Positions 17,724-27,154 of a DNA stretch of 38,666 bases are shown one piece after another. The notes beneath the pieces were generated by a model, which saw only the letters and a list, made by a program, of their open reading frames with translations, was not told where the DNA came from and made no database searches. A program made the translations under genes and the position numbers. Origin of the DNA: a virus (lineage: Duplodnaviria; Heunggongvirae; Uroviricota; Caudoviricetes); IMG/VR virus record IMGVR_UViG_2609459854_000001, positions 1 to 38,666 of that record; one strand, given 5' to 3'. The stretch's first letter is position 1; the number at the start of each line of letters is the position of its first letter.

Positions 17724-18964
17724 TGTTCTTTTCGGGATTATTTCAACGAAAAAGTGACGCACCGGTGACCACGCCAGCAGAGCTGGCGGATGCTATCGGG
17801 TTGTCCTACGACACCTATACCGGAAAGCAGATCAGCAGCCAGCGGGCCATGCGACTGACGGCGGTTTTTTCCTGTGTCAGGGTGCTGGCGGAGTCGGTCG
17901 GGATGTTGCCCTGCAACCTGTATCACCTGAACGGCAGCCTGAAGCAGAAAGCCACTGGCGAACGTCTGCATAAGCTGATCTCCACGCATCCCAATGGCTA
18001 TATGACGCCGCAGGAGTTCTGGGAGCTGGTGGTCACCTGTCTGTGCCTGCGGGGAAACTTTTACGCCTACAAAGTGAAAGCATTTGGCGAAGTGGCTGAA
18101 CTGCTGCCCGTCGATCCCGGCTGTGTGGTACCGAAGCTTAACAGTAGCTGGGAGCCGATCTATCAGGTCACATTCCCGGATGGCTCCACGGATGTACTGA
18201 GCCAGGAGGATATCTGGCATGTGCGTACGCTGACGCTGGACGGACTGGTGGGGCTGAATCCCATCGCCTATGCCCGCGAGGCAATATCGCTGGCAGCTGC
18301 GACCGAAGAGCACGGGGCCAGACTGTTCAGCAATGGCGCGGTGACGTCGGGTGTGTTGCGTACAGAGCAGACGCTGTCAGATCAGGCTTATGAGCGCCTG
18401 AAGAAAGATTTTGAGGAGCGTCACACCGGGCTTGGCAATGCTCACCGCCCGATGATCCTTGAGATGGGGCTGGACTGGAAGTCGATGGCGCTGAACGCCG
18501 AGGACAGCCAGTTCCTGGAAACCCGCAAGTTTCAGCTTGAAGAAATCTGTCGTCTGTTCCGTGTGCCATTGCACATGGTGCAGAACACCGATCGTGCCAC
18601 CTTCAACAATATCGAAGAACTGGGGCTGGGATTTATCAACTATTCACTGGTGCCGTATCTGACCCGCATTGAGCAGCGGATCAACACCGGACTGGTACGA
18701 AAAAGTAAGCAGGGCGTTTATTACGCCAAATTTAACGCCGGGGCGTTACTGCGCGGGGATATGAAGTCCCGTTTTGAAGCCTACGCCACCGGGATTAACT
18801 GGGGAATTTACTCTCCCAATGACTGCCGCGACCTGGAAGATATGAATCCGCGTCCCGGTGGGGATGTCTATCTCACACCGATGAACATGACCACGAAACC
18901 CTCCGATGGCAGTAAAGCCGGTAAGCAGAAGGATAACGCCAATGCAGACGAAACAACGTCTTGA
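17723..18964 (+). CDS. portal protein (HK97 family)
   Basis: 413 aa; GTG start with GGAGG RBS; size and position typical of HK97-type portal. Confidence 0.9.
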   Translation: MFFSGLFQRKSDAPVTTPAELADAIGLSYDTYTGKQISSQRAMRLTAVFSCVRVLAESVGMLPCNLYHLNGSLKQKATGERLHKLISTHPNGYMTPQEFWELVVTCLCLRGNFYAYKVKAFGEVAELLPVDPGCVVPKLNSSWEPIYQVTFPDGSTDVLSQEDIWHVRTLTLDGLVGLNPIAYAREAISLAAATEEHGARLFSNGAVTSGVLRTEQTLSDQAYERLKKDFEERHTGLGNAHRPMILEMGLDWKSMALNAEDSQFLETRKFQLEEICRLFRVPLHMVQNTDRATFNNIEELGLGFINYSLVPYLTRIEQRINTGLVRKSKQGVYYAKFNAGALLRGDMKSRFEAYATGINWGIYSPNDCRDLEDMNPRPGGDVYLTPMNMTTKPSDGSKAGKQKDNANADETTS

Positions 18965-19592
18965 TGTACCGCTGAGTCTGAAATCTGTCAGTGACTCCGG
19001 TGAGTTTGAAGGGTATGGCTCCGTCTTTGGTGTAAAGGACAGCCACGATGATGTGGTGATGTCCGGGGCATTTGCTGCTTCCCTGCGGGCGTGGAGTGAC
19101 AGAAAAGCGTTACCTGCGCTGCTCTGGCAGCACCGCATGGATGAACCCATCGGTGTTTACACTGAAATGAAGGAAGACGATGTCGGACTTTACGTCAGGG
19201 GACGGTTGCTTATTGATGATGATCCCCTCGCAAAACGCGCACATGCACACATGAAGGCCGGTTCGTTAACCGGCCTTTCTATTGGGTACGTCCTGAAAGA
19301 CTGGGAATACGACCGGAGCAAAGAAGCCTTTCTGTTGAAAGAAATCGACCTCTGGGAAGTCAGTCTGGTGACGTTTCCGTCTAACGACGAGGCGCGGATC
19401 AGCGACGTCAAGAACGCGCTGGCCCGCGGGGAAATCCCCGAACAGAAAAAAATCGAAAGAGTCCTGCGTGATGTCGGACTCTCCCGTACCCAGGCCAAAG
19501 CATTCATGGCCGGGGGCTATGGCGCACTGTCCCTGCGCGACGCTGAGGATGTGGGCTCTGCACTGAATGCACTGAAAAATCTGAACTTCTAA
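18942..19592 (+). CDS. prohead maturation protease (HK97 family)
   Basis: ATG at 18942 overlapping the portal 3' end; sits between portal and major capsid. Confidence 0.8.
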   Translation: MQTKQRLDVPLSLKSVSDSGEFEGYGSVFGVKDSHDDVVMSGAFAASLRAWSDRKALPALLWQHRMDEPIGVYTEMKEDDVGLYVRGRLLIDDDPLAKRAHAHMKAGSLTGLSIGYVLKDWEYDRSKEAFLLKEIDLWEVSLVTFPSNDEARISDVKNALARGEIPEQKKIERVLRDVGLSRTQAKAFMAGGYGALSLRDAEDVGSALNALKNLNF

Positions 19593-19606
19593 TCAGGAGA
19601 AATACG

Positions 19607-20812
19607 ATGGCGGTTGATATTAAAGATGTGGAACAGGTCGCGCAGGAGCTGCAGCAGAAGTTTGACGACTTCAAGGCAAAGAACGACAAGCGCGTGGATG
19701 CGATTGAGCAGGAAAAAGGCAAACTTGCCGGGCAGGTGGAAACCCTGAACGGGAAACTCAGCGAGCTGGAAAATCTCAAAAGCGACCTTGAAAAAGAGCT
19801 GCTTGAGCTGAAACGTCCGGCTGGTGGAGCGCAAAATAAACTGGCCACCGAGCATAAAGAGGCGTTTGTGGGCTTCCTGCGTAAAGGCCGTGAAGACGGT
19901 CTGCGCGATCTGGAGCGTAAGGCATTGCAGGTGGGTACCGATGAAGACGGTGGCTACGCCGTGCCGGAAGAACTGGATCGCAACATTCTTAACCTGCTGA
20001 AAGATGAAGTGGTGATGCGTCAGGAAGCCACGGTGATCACCGTTGGCGGTTCCGACTACAAAAAACTGGTGAATCTGGGCGGTACGGCTTCCGGATGGGT
20101 GGGGGAAACGGATACGCGATCCCAGACTGCCACCTCCAGACTGGAGCTGATTGAACCTCTCATGGGGGAAATTTACGGCAACCCGCAGGCTACCCAGAAA
20201 ATGCTGGACGATGCCTTCTTCAACGTGGAGGCCTGGATCAACAGCGAGCTGGCAACCGAATTTGCCGAACAGGAAGAAATTGCCTTTACCTCAGGCGATG
20301 GCACCAAGAAGCCGAAAGGGTTCCTGGCGTATGAATCCACTGATGAAACCGACAAGGTCCGGGCGTTCGGCAAACTTCAGCATATTGTATCCGGCGAAGC
20401 GACCGCGGTGACCGCAGACGCCATTATCAAACTGATTTACACGCTGCGTAAGGCACACCGCACTGGCGCGAAGTTCATGATGAACAACAACAGCCTGTTT
20501 GCCATCCGTCTGCTGAAAGACACCGAGGGTAACTATCTGTGGCGTCCGGGGCTGGAACTGGGGCAGCCGTCCTCTCTGGCGGGTTACGGTATCGCTGAAA
20601 ACGAACAGATGCCGGATATCGCCGCTGATGCGAAAGCCATTGCATTTGGTAACTTCAAACGGGGTTACACCATCGTTGACCGTATCGGCACCCGCATTCT
20701 GCGTGACCCGTACACCAATAAACCGTTTGTCGGTTTTTATACCACCAAGCGCACCGGCGGGATGCTGGTCGATTCGCAGGCCATCAAACTGCTGAAGATT
20801 GCAGCGGCGTAA
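19607..20812 (+). CDS. major capsid protein (HK97 fold) with N-terminal coiled-coil scaffold/delta domain
   Basis: 401 aa; N-terminal 100 residues are coiled-coil-like, followed by an HK97-type capsid body. Confidence 0.9.
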   Translation: MAVDIKDVEQVAQELQQKFDDFKAKNDKRVDAIEQEKGKLAGQVETLNGKLSELENLKSDLEKELLELKRPAGGAQNKLATEHKEAFVGFLRKGREDGLRDLERKALQVGTDEDGGYAVPEELDRNILNLLKDEVVMRQEATVITVGGSDYKKLVNLGGTASGWVGETDTRSQTATSRLELIEPLMGEIYGNPQATQKMLDDAFFNVEAWINSELATEFAEQEEIAFTSGDGTKKPKGFLAYESTDETDKVRAFGKLQHIVSGEATAVTADAIIKLIYTLRKAHRTGAKFMMNNNSLFAIRLLKDTEGNYLWRPGLELGQPSSLAGYGIAENEQMPDIAADAKAIAFGNFKRGYTIVDRIGTRILRDPYTNKPFVGFYTTKRTGGMLVDSQAIKLLKIAAA

Positions 20813-20861
20813 TCACTCAGGGGCGTGGAACCGCGCCCCCTGTTCTGACGGGTGAAGAATC

Positions 20862-21062
20862 ATGATCCTGAAACAAGATCTGAAATGGTCACCGGACGGT
20901 ATGCGTGTTGAGGTCATTCGGGCCGGTGAGTATGACGACGGGGCGCTTCCTGCCCGGGTGCAGGAGATTGCACTTCAGGCCGGGTTAGCAGAGCGCGGAA
21001 CCAGTGCAAAAAGCAGTAAAGCGACAAAAGAGAAAAAAGCCACGACCAGTAAAGAGGGCTGA
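20862..21062 (+). CDS. small hypothetical head-module protein
   Basis: 66-aa ORF between capsid and connector genes; Lys/Ser/Thr-rich C-terminal tail. Confidence 0.35.
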   Translation: MILKQDLKWSPDGMRVEVIRAGEYDDGALPARVQEIALQAGLAERGTSAKSSKATKEKKATTSKEG

Positions 21063-21064
21063 GT

Positions 21065-21388
21065 ATGCTTCTGACAATGGAAGAGATTAAAGCCCAACTC
21101 CGGCTGGATGAGGATTTCGATGCTGATGACCGCCATCTGCAACTGCTGGCCTGTGCGGCGCAAAAGCGGACGGAAACGTATCTGAACCGGAAGCTCTATG
21201 CTCCGGATGAAACCATTCCGGACAGCGATCCGGACGGGCTGCACCTGCCGGATGATATTCGTCTGGGGATGCTGATGCTTATCAGCCATTTTTACGAAAA
21301 CCGCTCGTCGGTTACGGAAGTGGAGAAACTCGACATGCCGCAGAGTTTTGGCTGGCTTGTCGGCCCGTACAGGTACTTTCCGCAATGA
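21065..21388 (+). CDS. head-tail connector protein (gp6-like)
   Basis: 107 aa; MLLTMEEIKAQLRLDEDFDADD... is typical of the gp6-like DNA-packaging/connector family. Confidence 0.65.
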   Translation: MLLTMEEIKAQLRLDEDFDADDRHLQLLACAAQKRTETYLNRKLYAPDETIPDSDPDGLHLPDDIRLGMLMLISHFYENRSSVTEVEKLDMPQSFGWLVGPYRYFPQ

Positions 21389-21795
21389 AAATTCGTCAGG
21401 CGCAGACCAGCGCAACCTACATTCTGCCGGACCCCGGTGAACTGAATAAACGCGTCCTGATCCGCCTGCGGGTGGATATGCCCGCGGATAACTTTGGCGT
21501 GGAGCCTCAATACCCGGTTACGTTCCGGACATGGGCGAAGGTTATCCAGACCAGTGCCACCACCTGGCAGGAAACCGCGCAGACCGGGGACGCCATCACC
21601 CATTACATCACCATTCGTTACCGCCGGGGGATCACCGCTGATTATGAGGTGGTCTGCGGTGACAGTGTGTACCGGGTGAAACGTCAGCGCGATCTGAACG
21701 GGGCGCGGCGCTTTCTGCTGCTGGAGTGTACGGAGCTGGGCGAATGTAGGCAGAGTCACGGAGGCAACAATGACGACTTCCTTTTTGCACGTTGA
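21385..21795 (+). CDS. head closure / head-tail adaptor protein
   Basis: 136 aa; position and size after the gp6-like gene. Confidence 0.55.
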   Translation: MKIRQAQTSATYILPDPGELNKRVLIRLRVDMPADNFGVEPQYPVTFRTWAKVIQTSATTWQETAQTGDAITHYITIRYRRGITADYEVVCGDSVYRVKRQRDLNGARRFLLLECTELGECRQSHGGNNDDFLFAR

Positions 21796-22276
21796 TTTTC
21801 AGCAGCCCGCGGAGATGCGCTTTAACCGCGCCCGTGTCAGGCGGGCGTTTGTCACGATTGGTCAGCGTCATATGCGTGATGCCCGTCGGCTGGTGATGCG
21901 CCGTGCGCGGTCGGCACCGGGTGAAAACCCCGGTTATCAGACCGGACGCCTGGCTCGTTCGATTGGTTACATGGTACCCAGAGCAAGTAAACATCGCCCT
22001 GGTTTTATGGCACGTATAGCCCCTAACCAGCGTAATGGAGAGGGAAACCGCCGTATCACCGGTGATTTTTATCCGGCTTTTCTGTTCTATGGCGTGAGGC
22101 GAGGGGCAAAGCGTCGTCGCAGCCATCATCGTGGTGCATCCGGTGGCAGCGGCTGGCGACTGGCTCCACGTAATAACTTTATGGTGGAAACTCTTGAAAA
22201 GAACCGCAGCTGGACACGCTATTTTCTGGCGCGGGAATTGCGTAAATCACTGAAGCCGGAGCGACGACACAGATGA
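21770..22276 (+). CDS. neck / tail-completion protein, putative
   Basis: 168-aa basic protein between head-closure and sheath genes. Confidence 0.4.
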   Translation: MTTSFLHVDFQQPAEMRFNRARVRRAFVTIGQRHMRDARRLVMRRARSAPGENPGYQTGRLARSIGYMVPRASKHRPGFMARIAPNQRNGEGNRRITGDFYPAFLFYGVRRGAKRRRSHHRGASGGSGWRLAPRNNFMVETLEKNRSWTRYFLARELRKSLKPERRHR

Positions 22277-22833
22277 AACTGACGCCTGTTATTGCTGCGC
22301 TGCGTGCCCGCTGCCCGTATTTTGAAAATCGGGTGGCAGGCGCGGCACAGTTCAAAAATCTGCCGGAGGTCGGAAAGCTGAGACTCCCGGCGGCGTATGT
22401 GGTACCGGGTGATGACTCTCCGGGAGAAAACAAAAGCCAGACCGACTACTGGCAGGAGCTGAAAGAGGGCTTCTCCGTGGTTGTCATACTGAGTAACGGG
22501 CGTGATGAGCGCGGTCAGTTTGCCTCGTATGATGTGGTGGACGATGTCCGGCAGATGCTCTTTAAGGCCCTGCTGGGCTGGAACCCGGAAGCGTGCGGTA
22601 ACCCGATTACCTATGACGGCGGCACGCTGCTGGATCTGAATCGTCATGAGCTGATTTATCAGTTCGATTTTTCGGTCATCAGCGAGCTGACTGAAGACGA
22701 TACCCGCCAGCAGGATGATCTGAACAGTCTGGATGAACTGCAAACGCTGGCGATTGATGTTGATTATCTCGAGCCCGGTAACGGGCCTGACGGCGATATC
22801 GAACATCACACCGAAATAACCCTTCCTTCCTGA
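22273..22833 (+). CDS. tail-module protein (Mu gp37-like), putative
   Basis: 186 aa upstream of the sheath; assignment by position. Confidence 0.4.
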   Translation: MKLTPVIAALRARCPYFENRVAGAAQFKNLPEVGKLRLPAAYVVPGDDSPGENKSQTDYWQELKEGFSVVVILSNGRDERGQFASYDVVDDVRQMLFKALLGWNPEACGNPITYDGGTLLDLNRHELIYQFDFSVISELTEDDTRQQDDLNSLDELQTLAIDVDYLEPGNGPDGDIEHHTEITLPS

Positions 22834-22841
22834 GGATCCTC

Positions 22842-23012
22842 ATGTTTGTCAAACCTGTTAAAGGGCGGTCAGTTCCTGACCCTGCCCGCGGTGACCTTTT
22901 GCCCGCCGAAGGGCGAAATGTTGACGAGAACAACTACTGGCTGCGCCGTGAAGCAGCGGGTGATATCCGGCGCGTGAATAAAAAGGTGAACACCGATGAC
23001 GATAAGCTTTAA
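22842..23012 (+). CDS. small protein (56 aa) preceding the sheath gene
   Basis: ATG at 22842, stop at 23010-23012, overlapping the sheath start; below the ORF-track size cutoff. Confidence 0.3.
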   Translation: MFVKPVKGRSVPDPARGDLLPAEGRNVDENNYWLRREAAGDIRRVNKKVNTDDDKL

Positions 23013-24492
23013 CACCATTCCGTCGAATACGCTGGTTCCGCTGTTTTATGCGGAAATGGATAACCAGGCGGCGAATACTGCACAGGACAGCGGAGCATCG
23101 CTGCTGATTGGTCATGCCAATAACGGTGCAGAGATTGTTGCCAACAGTCTGGTGCTGATGCCGTCGGCAGACTATGCACGCCAGATTTGTGGTGCGGGAA
23201 GTCAGCTGGCGCGTATGGTCGAGGCTTATCGCCAGACCGACCCGTTTGGTGAACTGTATGTAATTGCCGTTCCTGAATCCACGGGCGCGGCGGCAACAGT
23301 TACGCTGACGGTGACCGGGGCGGCAACCGAAACCGGCACGGTGAATGTTTATGTGGGACGTACCCGCGTGCAGGCACCGGTGACTAACGGCGATAACGTC
23401 ACGACGATTGCCAGCAGTATCCAGGATGCCATCAATGCCGTTCCGGCCCTGCCGTTTACGGCCTCATCTTCGGCTGGCGTGGTCACACTGACCGCGCGTC
23501 ATAAGGGGCTTTGCGGGAATGAAATTCCTGTCAGCCTCAATTACTACGGCTTTGGTGGGGGCGAAGTGCTGCCTGCGGGCGTACAGATTGCCGTGGCGAC
23601 GGGGACCGCCGGAACGGGCTCTCCTGTTCTCACCGGCGCGGTGGCTGCAATGGCGGATGAGCCGTTTGATTATATCGGCCTGCCGTTCAACGACACGGCC
23701 TCCGTTAACACGCTGGTGACCGAGATGAACGATACCAGCGGTCGCTGGAGCTATGCGCGTCAGCTGTATGGTCATGTGTATACGGCAAAGATCGGCACGC
23801 TGTCAGAACTGGTGACCGCAGGTGACCAGTTTAACCAGCAGCACATTACCCTGGCGGGGTACGAAAAAGAGACCCAGACGCCTGCCGACGAGCTGGCGGC
23901 AAGCCGTACCGCCCGCGCAGCGGTGTTTATCCGCAACGATCCGGCACGTCCCACGCAGACCGGTGAGCTGGTGGGTATGCTGCCTGCGCCGAAGGGGAAA
24001 CGGTTCACGATGACCGAGCAGCAGACCCTGCTGTCTCATGGCGTGGCAACGGCGTATGTCGAAAGCGGGGTGCTGCGCATTCAGCGTGATGTCACCACGT
24101 ACAGGAAAAACGCTTACGGGGTTGCGGATAACAGCTACCTCGACAGCGAGACGCTGCATACCAGTGCGTATGTACTGCGCAAACTGAAATCCGTCATTAC
24201 CAGTAAGTACGGGCGTCACAAGCTTGCCAGCGACGGTACCCGTTTTGGTCCCGGTCAGGCGATTGTCACCCCGGCGGTAATCAAAGGGGAACTGCTGGCA
24301 ACCTACCGTCAGCTTGAGCGTGCGGGGATCGTGGAAAACTACGAACTGTTTAAGCAGTACCTGGTTGTGGAGCGTGATGCCAGCGATCCGAACCGCCTGA
24401 ACACGCTGTTCCCGCCTGACTATGTTAACCAGTTGCGTGTTTTTGCCGTGGTTAACCAGTTCCGTCTTCAGTATTCAGAGGAGTCTGCATAA
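22996..24492 (+). CDS. contractile tail sheath protein (Mu gpL-like)
   Basis: 498 aa; N-terminus MTISFNTIPSNTLVPLFYAEMDN... is typical of Mu-type sheath. Confidence 0.85.
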   Translation: MTISFNTIPSNTLVPLFYAEMDNQAANTAQDSGASLLIGHANNGAEIVANSLVLMPSADYARQICGAGSQLARMVEAYRQTDPFGELYVIAVPESTGAAATVTLTVTGAATETGTVNVYVGRTRVQAPVTNGDNVTTIASSIQDAINAVPALPFTASSSAGVVTLTARHKGLCGNEIPVSLNYYGFGGGEVLPAGVQIAVATGTAGTGSPVLTGAVAAMADEPFDYIGLPFNDTASVNTLVTEMNDTSGRWSYARQLYGHVYTAKIGTLSELVTAGDQFNQQHITLAGYEKETQTPADELAASRTARAAVFIRNDPARPTQTGELVGMLPAPKGKRFTMTEQQTLLSHGVATAYVESGVLRIQRDVTTYRKNAYGVADNSYLDSETLHTSAYVLRKLKSVITSKYGRHKLASDGTRFGPGQAIVTPAVIKGELLATYRQLERAGIVENYELFKQYLVVERDASDPNRLNTLFPPDYVNQLRVFAVVNQFRLQYSEESA

Positions 24493-24848
24493 TGGCCCGT
24501 ATCGGGGGAACCTGTTATTTCAAAATTGACGGTCAGCAGCTATCGCTGACCGGCGGCATTGAGGTGCCCATGAACAGGACGGTCAATGATGACATCATCG
24601 GCCTGGACGGTTCAGTGGACCGCAAGGAAACTCACCGTGCGCCTTATGTCAAAGGGACCTTCAAGGTGCCGAAGAATTTTCCGGTGAGCAAAATCACCTC
24701 GTCTGATGAGATGACCATCACTGCCGAGCTGGCGAACGGTCAGGTCTATGTATTGTCGTCCGCCTGGCTGCACGGAGAAGCGAACCATAATGCCGAAGAA
24801 GGCACGGTTGATCTTGAGTTCCACGGTGAAGAAGGGGATTACCAGTAA
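24492..24848 (+). CDS. tail tube protein (Mu gpM-like)
   Basis: 118 aa immediately after the sheath. Confidence 0.7.
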   Translation: MARIGGTCYFKIDGQQLSLTGGIEVPMNRTVNDDIIGLDGSVDRKETHRAPYVKGTFKVPKNFPVSKITSSDEMTITAELANGQVYVLSSAWLHGEANHNAEEGTVDLEFHGEEGDYQ

Positions 24849-25117
24849 TGAAAGAGCTTGAGTTAAAGAAACCGATTATCGCTCATGGTGAGACACTCTC
24901 CGTACTGGAGTTTGATGAACCCACCGGGAAGGATGTCCGCGAGCTGGGGTATCCCTACCAGATGAATCAGGATGAATCCGTCAGACTTCTGGCGCATGTG
25001 GTGTCGAAATACATTGTGCGGCTGGCGAAAGTGCCGCAAAGCTCTGTCGACCAGATGTCTCCGGCAGACCTGAATGCAGCGGCGTGGCTTGTGGCCGGTT
25101 TTTTCCTCCAGGCCTGA
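24848..25117 (+). CDS. tail assembly chaperone (G-like, zero-frame product)
   Basis: 89-aa ORF between tube and tape measure, ending just after a T_TTT_TTC slippery heptamer. Confidence 0.6.
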   Translation: MKELELKKPIIAHGETLSVLEFDEPTGKDVRELGYPYQMNQDESVRLLAHVVSKYIVRLAKVPQSSVDQMSPADLNAAAWLVAGFFLQA

Positions 25118-25266
25118 CGGCTGAATACCTCACTGATCGCTTCTTTGACTGCGCCAGTTACTGGCGCATTAATCCCTTCGAATTGCTGAATATGCCGATC
25201 AGTGAAATTCCCTTGCTGGTCAGTCAGGCAAACAGGATAGAGCAGGAGAAACGCACACATGGCTGA
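24848..25266 (+). CDS. tail assembly chaperone fusion product via programmed -1 frameshift (GT-like)
   Basis: Slippery heptamer T TTT TTC at 25099-25105; the -1 frame continues as ...FFPPGLTAEY... to 25266, overlapping the tape-measure start. Confidence 0.5.
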
Positions 25267-27094
25267 ATTTGAGCTTAAGGCGTTGATCACCGGTGTCGAC
25301 AGGCTTTCTCCCGCGCTGTCGAAAATGCAAAAGAAAATCCGGGGATTTAAACGCCAGGCGGAAGAAGCGTCACAGGGTGGGCTGGCGCTTGGTGGCGGAC
25401 TGGCTGCGGGTCTGACGCTTTCCCTGAAATCTTATGCCGATCAGGAAAACGCCGCCACCGGGCTGAAAGTTGCCATGATGGATGCGAACGGTGAGGTCGG
25501 AAAGAGCTTTCAGGACATCAATAAACTGGCTATTGGCCTGGGTAACCAGCTACCCGGTACAACGGCTGATTTCCAGAACATGATGCAGATGCTGGTGCGT
25601 CAGGGGATCCCGGCAGAAAACATTCTGGGTGGTGTGGGTAAAGCGACAGCTTATCTTGCGGTACAACTGAAAAAAACACCGGAAGCGGCTGCCGAGTTTG
25701 CCGCAAAGATGCAGGATGCTACCGGAACGGCCTCAGAAGACATGATGGGGCTGTTCGACACAATTCAGAAGGCGTTTTATCTGGGCGTTGACGACACCAA
25801 CATGCTGTCATTCTTCACTAAAACCAGCTCTGTTCTGAAGATGGTGAATAAGGACGGTCTTCAGGCTGCACAGAGTCTTGCCCCCATCAGTGTCATGATG
25901 GATCAGATGGGGATGAACGGGGAGTCGGCAGGTAATGCCCTGCGAAAAGTTATCCAGTCCGGATTAAGCGTTAAGAAAATCAGGGACGTCAATAAAATCA
26001 TGGCCCGCCAGAAACTCGGGGTACAGCTCGATTTTACTGATGGCAAAGGGAGTTTTGGCGGTCTTGATAACATGTTCAGGCAACTGGCAAAGCTGCGAAA
26101 ACTGACCGACGTTAAGCGAACCGGTGTACTTAAGGCAATATTTGGTGATGATGCCGAAACCCTTCAGGTGGTCAATGCTCTGATCGATAAAGGAAAGGAT
26201 GGTTACGATCAGATCCAGCAGAAGATGCATAAACAGGCCAGCCTGAATAAACGTGTTCAGGCACAGCTTGGTACGCTGTCCAACCTGTGGGAGGCAATGA
26301 CGGGGACCGCAACTAACGGTCTTGCAGCTATTGGCGGCGCATTTTCTGGTGACGCTAAAAATATCACGCAATGGCTGGGGGAGTTGGGGGAAAAATTCAC
26401 GAAGTTTGCGGATGAAAATCCCTGGGTTATTCGCGGCGTCGTCGGGCTTGCTGCCGGTCTTGCGATTCTGAAACTGGGATTGATGGGCGTGGGCAGTGCC
26501 ATCAGCATTGTCAGCAGGATCATGTCGATGACGCCGATTGGCATGATTGCGACGGCGATAGCCCTGGCTGCGGGATTAATTATCACTAACTGGGATGTTG
26601 TCGGACCTTATTTCAAGAAGCTCTGGGAAACCATTGGTCCTTATTTTGAGGCTGGCTGGGAACTCCTTAAGAAAGTTTTTGCCTGGTCGCCGCTGGGGAT
26701 GGTGATCAATAACTGGGGGCCGGTTGTTAAGTGGTTTCAGGATATGTGGGACAAGCTGAAGCCAATTATTGAGTGGTTTACCGACAGTTCCGGAGACACG
26801 GTCGATGCCATTAACTCTGCGCAGTGGGGCGCGGGTGCTTATGATGCTTATGGGACGGGAATACCGGCACGGGGATACACACCTTATCCGGCGGTAGATC
26901 TGGCTCAGTCAAACAACGCCTCCGGTGCCACAGGCCCGAATCCCTTCATGATTAATAAAGCTACTGCGCCAAAAGTTGATGGTGAGATCAAGGTCTCTTT
27001 TGTGAATTCGCCTCCGGGTATGCGGGTTATGGAAACGCGATCCAGCGGTTTTGATGTCAGCCATGATGTTGGCTATACGCGCTTTGGCAGGTAA
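25259..27094 (+). CDS. tail tape measure protein
   Basis: 611 aa; helical/Gly-rich with a hydrophobic central region; follows the frameshifted chaperone pair. Confidence 0.85.
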   Translation: MAEFELKALITGVDRLSPALSKMQKKIRGFKRQAEEASQGGLALGGGLAAGLTLSLKSYADQENAATGLKVAMMDANGEVGKSFQDINKLAIGLGNQLPGTTADFQNMMQMLVRQGIPAENILGGVGKATAYLAVQLKKTPEAAAEFAAKMQDATGTASEDMMGLFDTIQKAFYLGVDDTNMLSFFTKTSSVLKMVNKDGLQAAQSLAPISVMMDQMGMNGESAGNALRKVIQSGLSVKKIRDVNKIMARQKLGVQLDFTDGKGSFGGLDNMFRQLAKLRKLTDVKRTGVLKAIFGDDAETLQVVNALIDKGKDGYDQIQQKMHKQASLNKRVQAQLGTLSNLWEAMTGTATNGLAAIGGAFSGDAKNITQWLGELGEKFTKFADENPWVIRGVVGLAAGLAILKLGLMGVGSAISIVSRIMSMTPIGMIATAIALAAGLIITNWDVVGPYFKKLWETIGPYFEAGWELLKKVFAWSPLGMVINNWGPVVKWFQDMWDKLKPIIEWFTDSSGDTVDAINSAQWGAGAYDAYGTGIPARGYTPYPAVDLAQSNNASGATGPNPFMINKATAPKVDGEIKVSFVNSPPGMRVMETRSSGFDVSHDVGYTRFGR

Positions 27095-27154
27095 TGAAAA
27101 ATTAATCTGTTAATGAGTCCCACTCCGGTGGGATTTTTTATGTACGGAGTTTAT

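Noticed and set aside
17738-18313. 191-aa minus-strand ORF
   Set aside because: Antisense to the portal gene; low-complexity Gln/Arg-rich translation typical of antisense frames.
19504-19848. 114-aa Ser/Cys-rich minus-strand ORF
   Set aside because: Antisense to the protease/major-capsid junction; low-complexity composition.
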